NCBI GenBank assembly: GCA_951406725.2
Contig: OX597815.1
Coordinates: 28,396,001-28,460,000, forward strand
DNA from: Octopus vulgaris
Lineage: Eukaryota
Direction of reading: 5' to 3'
Length of the DNA stretch: 64,000 nucleotides
Positions 63,843 to 64,000 of this stretch are shown piece after piece. A program made the translations under genes and the position numbers. Numbering within the stretch: position 1 is the stretch's first letter; every line of letters starts with the position of its first letter. Below the pieces are notes generated by a model. It saw only the letters and a program-made list of their open reading frames with translations, was not told where the DNA came from and made no database searches.

Positions 63843-64000
63843 TATTGTTTAATATCCATTTTCCATGAACTGTGAATAGTTTGACAGGATCTGGTGAGCT
63901 CAGAGACTGCATCATGCTACAGTGTCTGCCTTGGCCTGATTTCTATGGCTGGATGCCCTTCCTAATGCCAACCAGTTTATATCATAAAGTAGGTACTTTT

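Overview
AT-rich, repeat-saturated eukaryotic DNA with no host exon that I can support. The repeat families (tRNA-derived SINEs, RTE tails ending in (GAT)n, dense micro-satellites) suggest an octopus/cephalopod genome, which is an inference. Most ORFs in the track are microsatellite artefacts. Real coding remnants are an almost intact R4/Dong-type RLE retrotransposon in (TAA)n (23328-26993), RTE, CR1 and Tx1 LINE fragments, and degenerate Tc1 (DD36E), mariner, maT and hAT transposases. MITEs and non-autonomous Helitrons are also present. The most notable observations are: (i) several hammerhead-ribozyme-like motifs, including one with an intact core inside a terminally redundant 354-bp retrozyme-like unit; (ii) a fragmented minus-strand reading frame (about 34000-38750) resembling the N-terminal half of a bunyavirus-like L protein, a candidate endogenous viral element; (iii) a Tc1 element flanked by an inverted duplication of host DNA. 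Coordinates were read by eye, and repeat boundaries are approximate.
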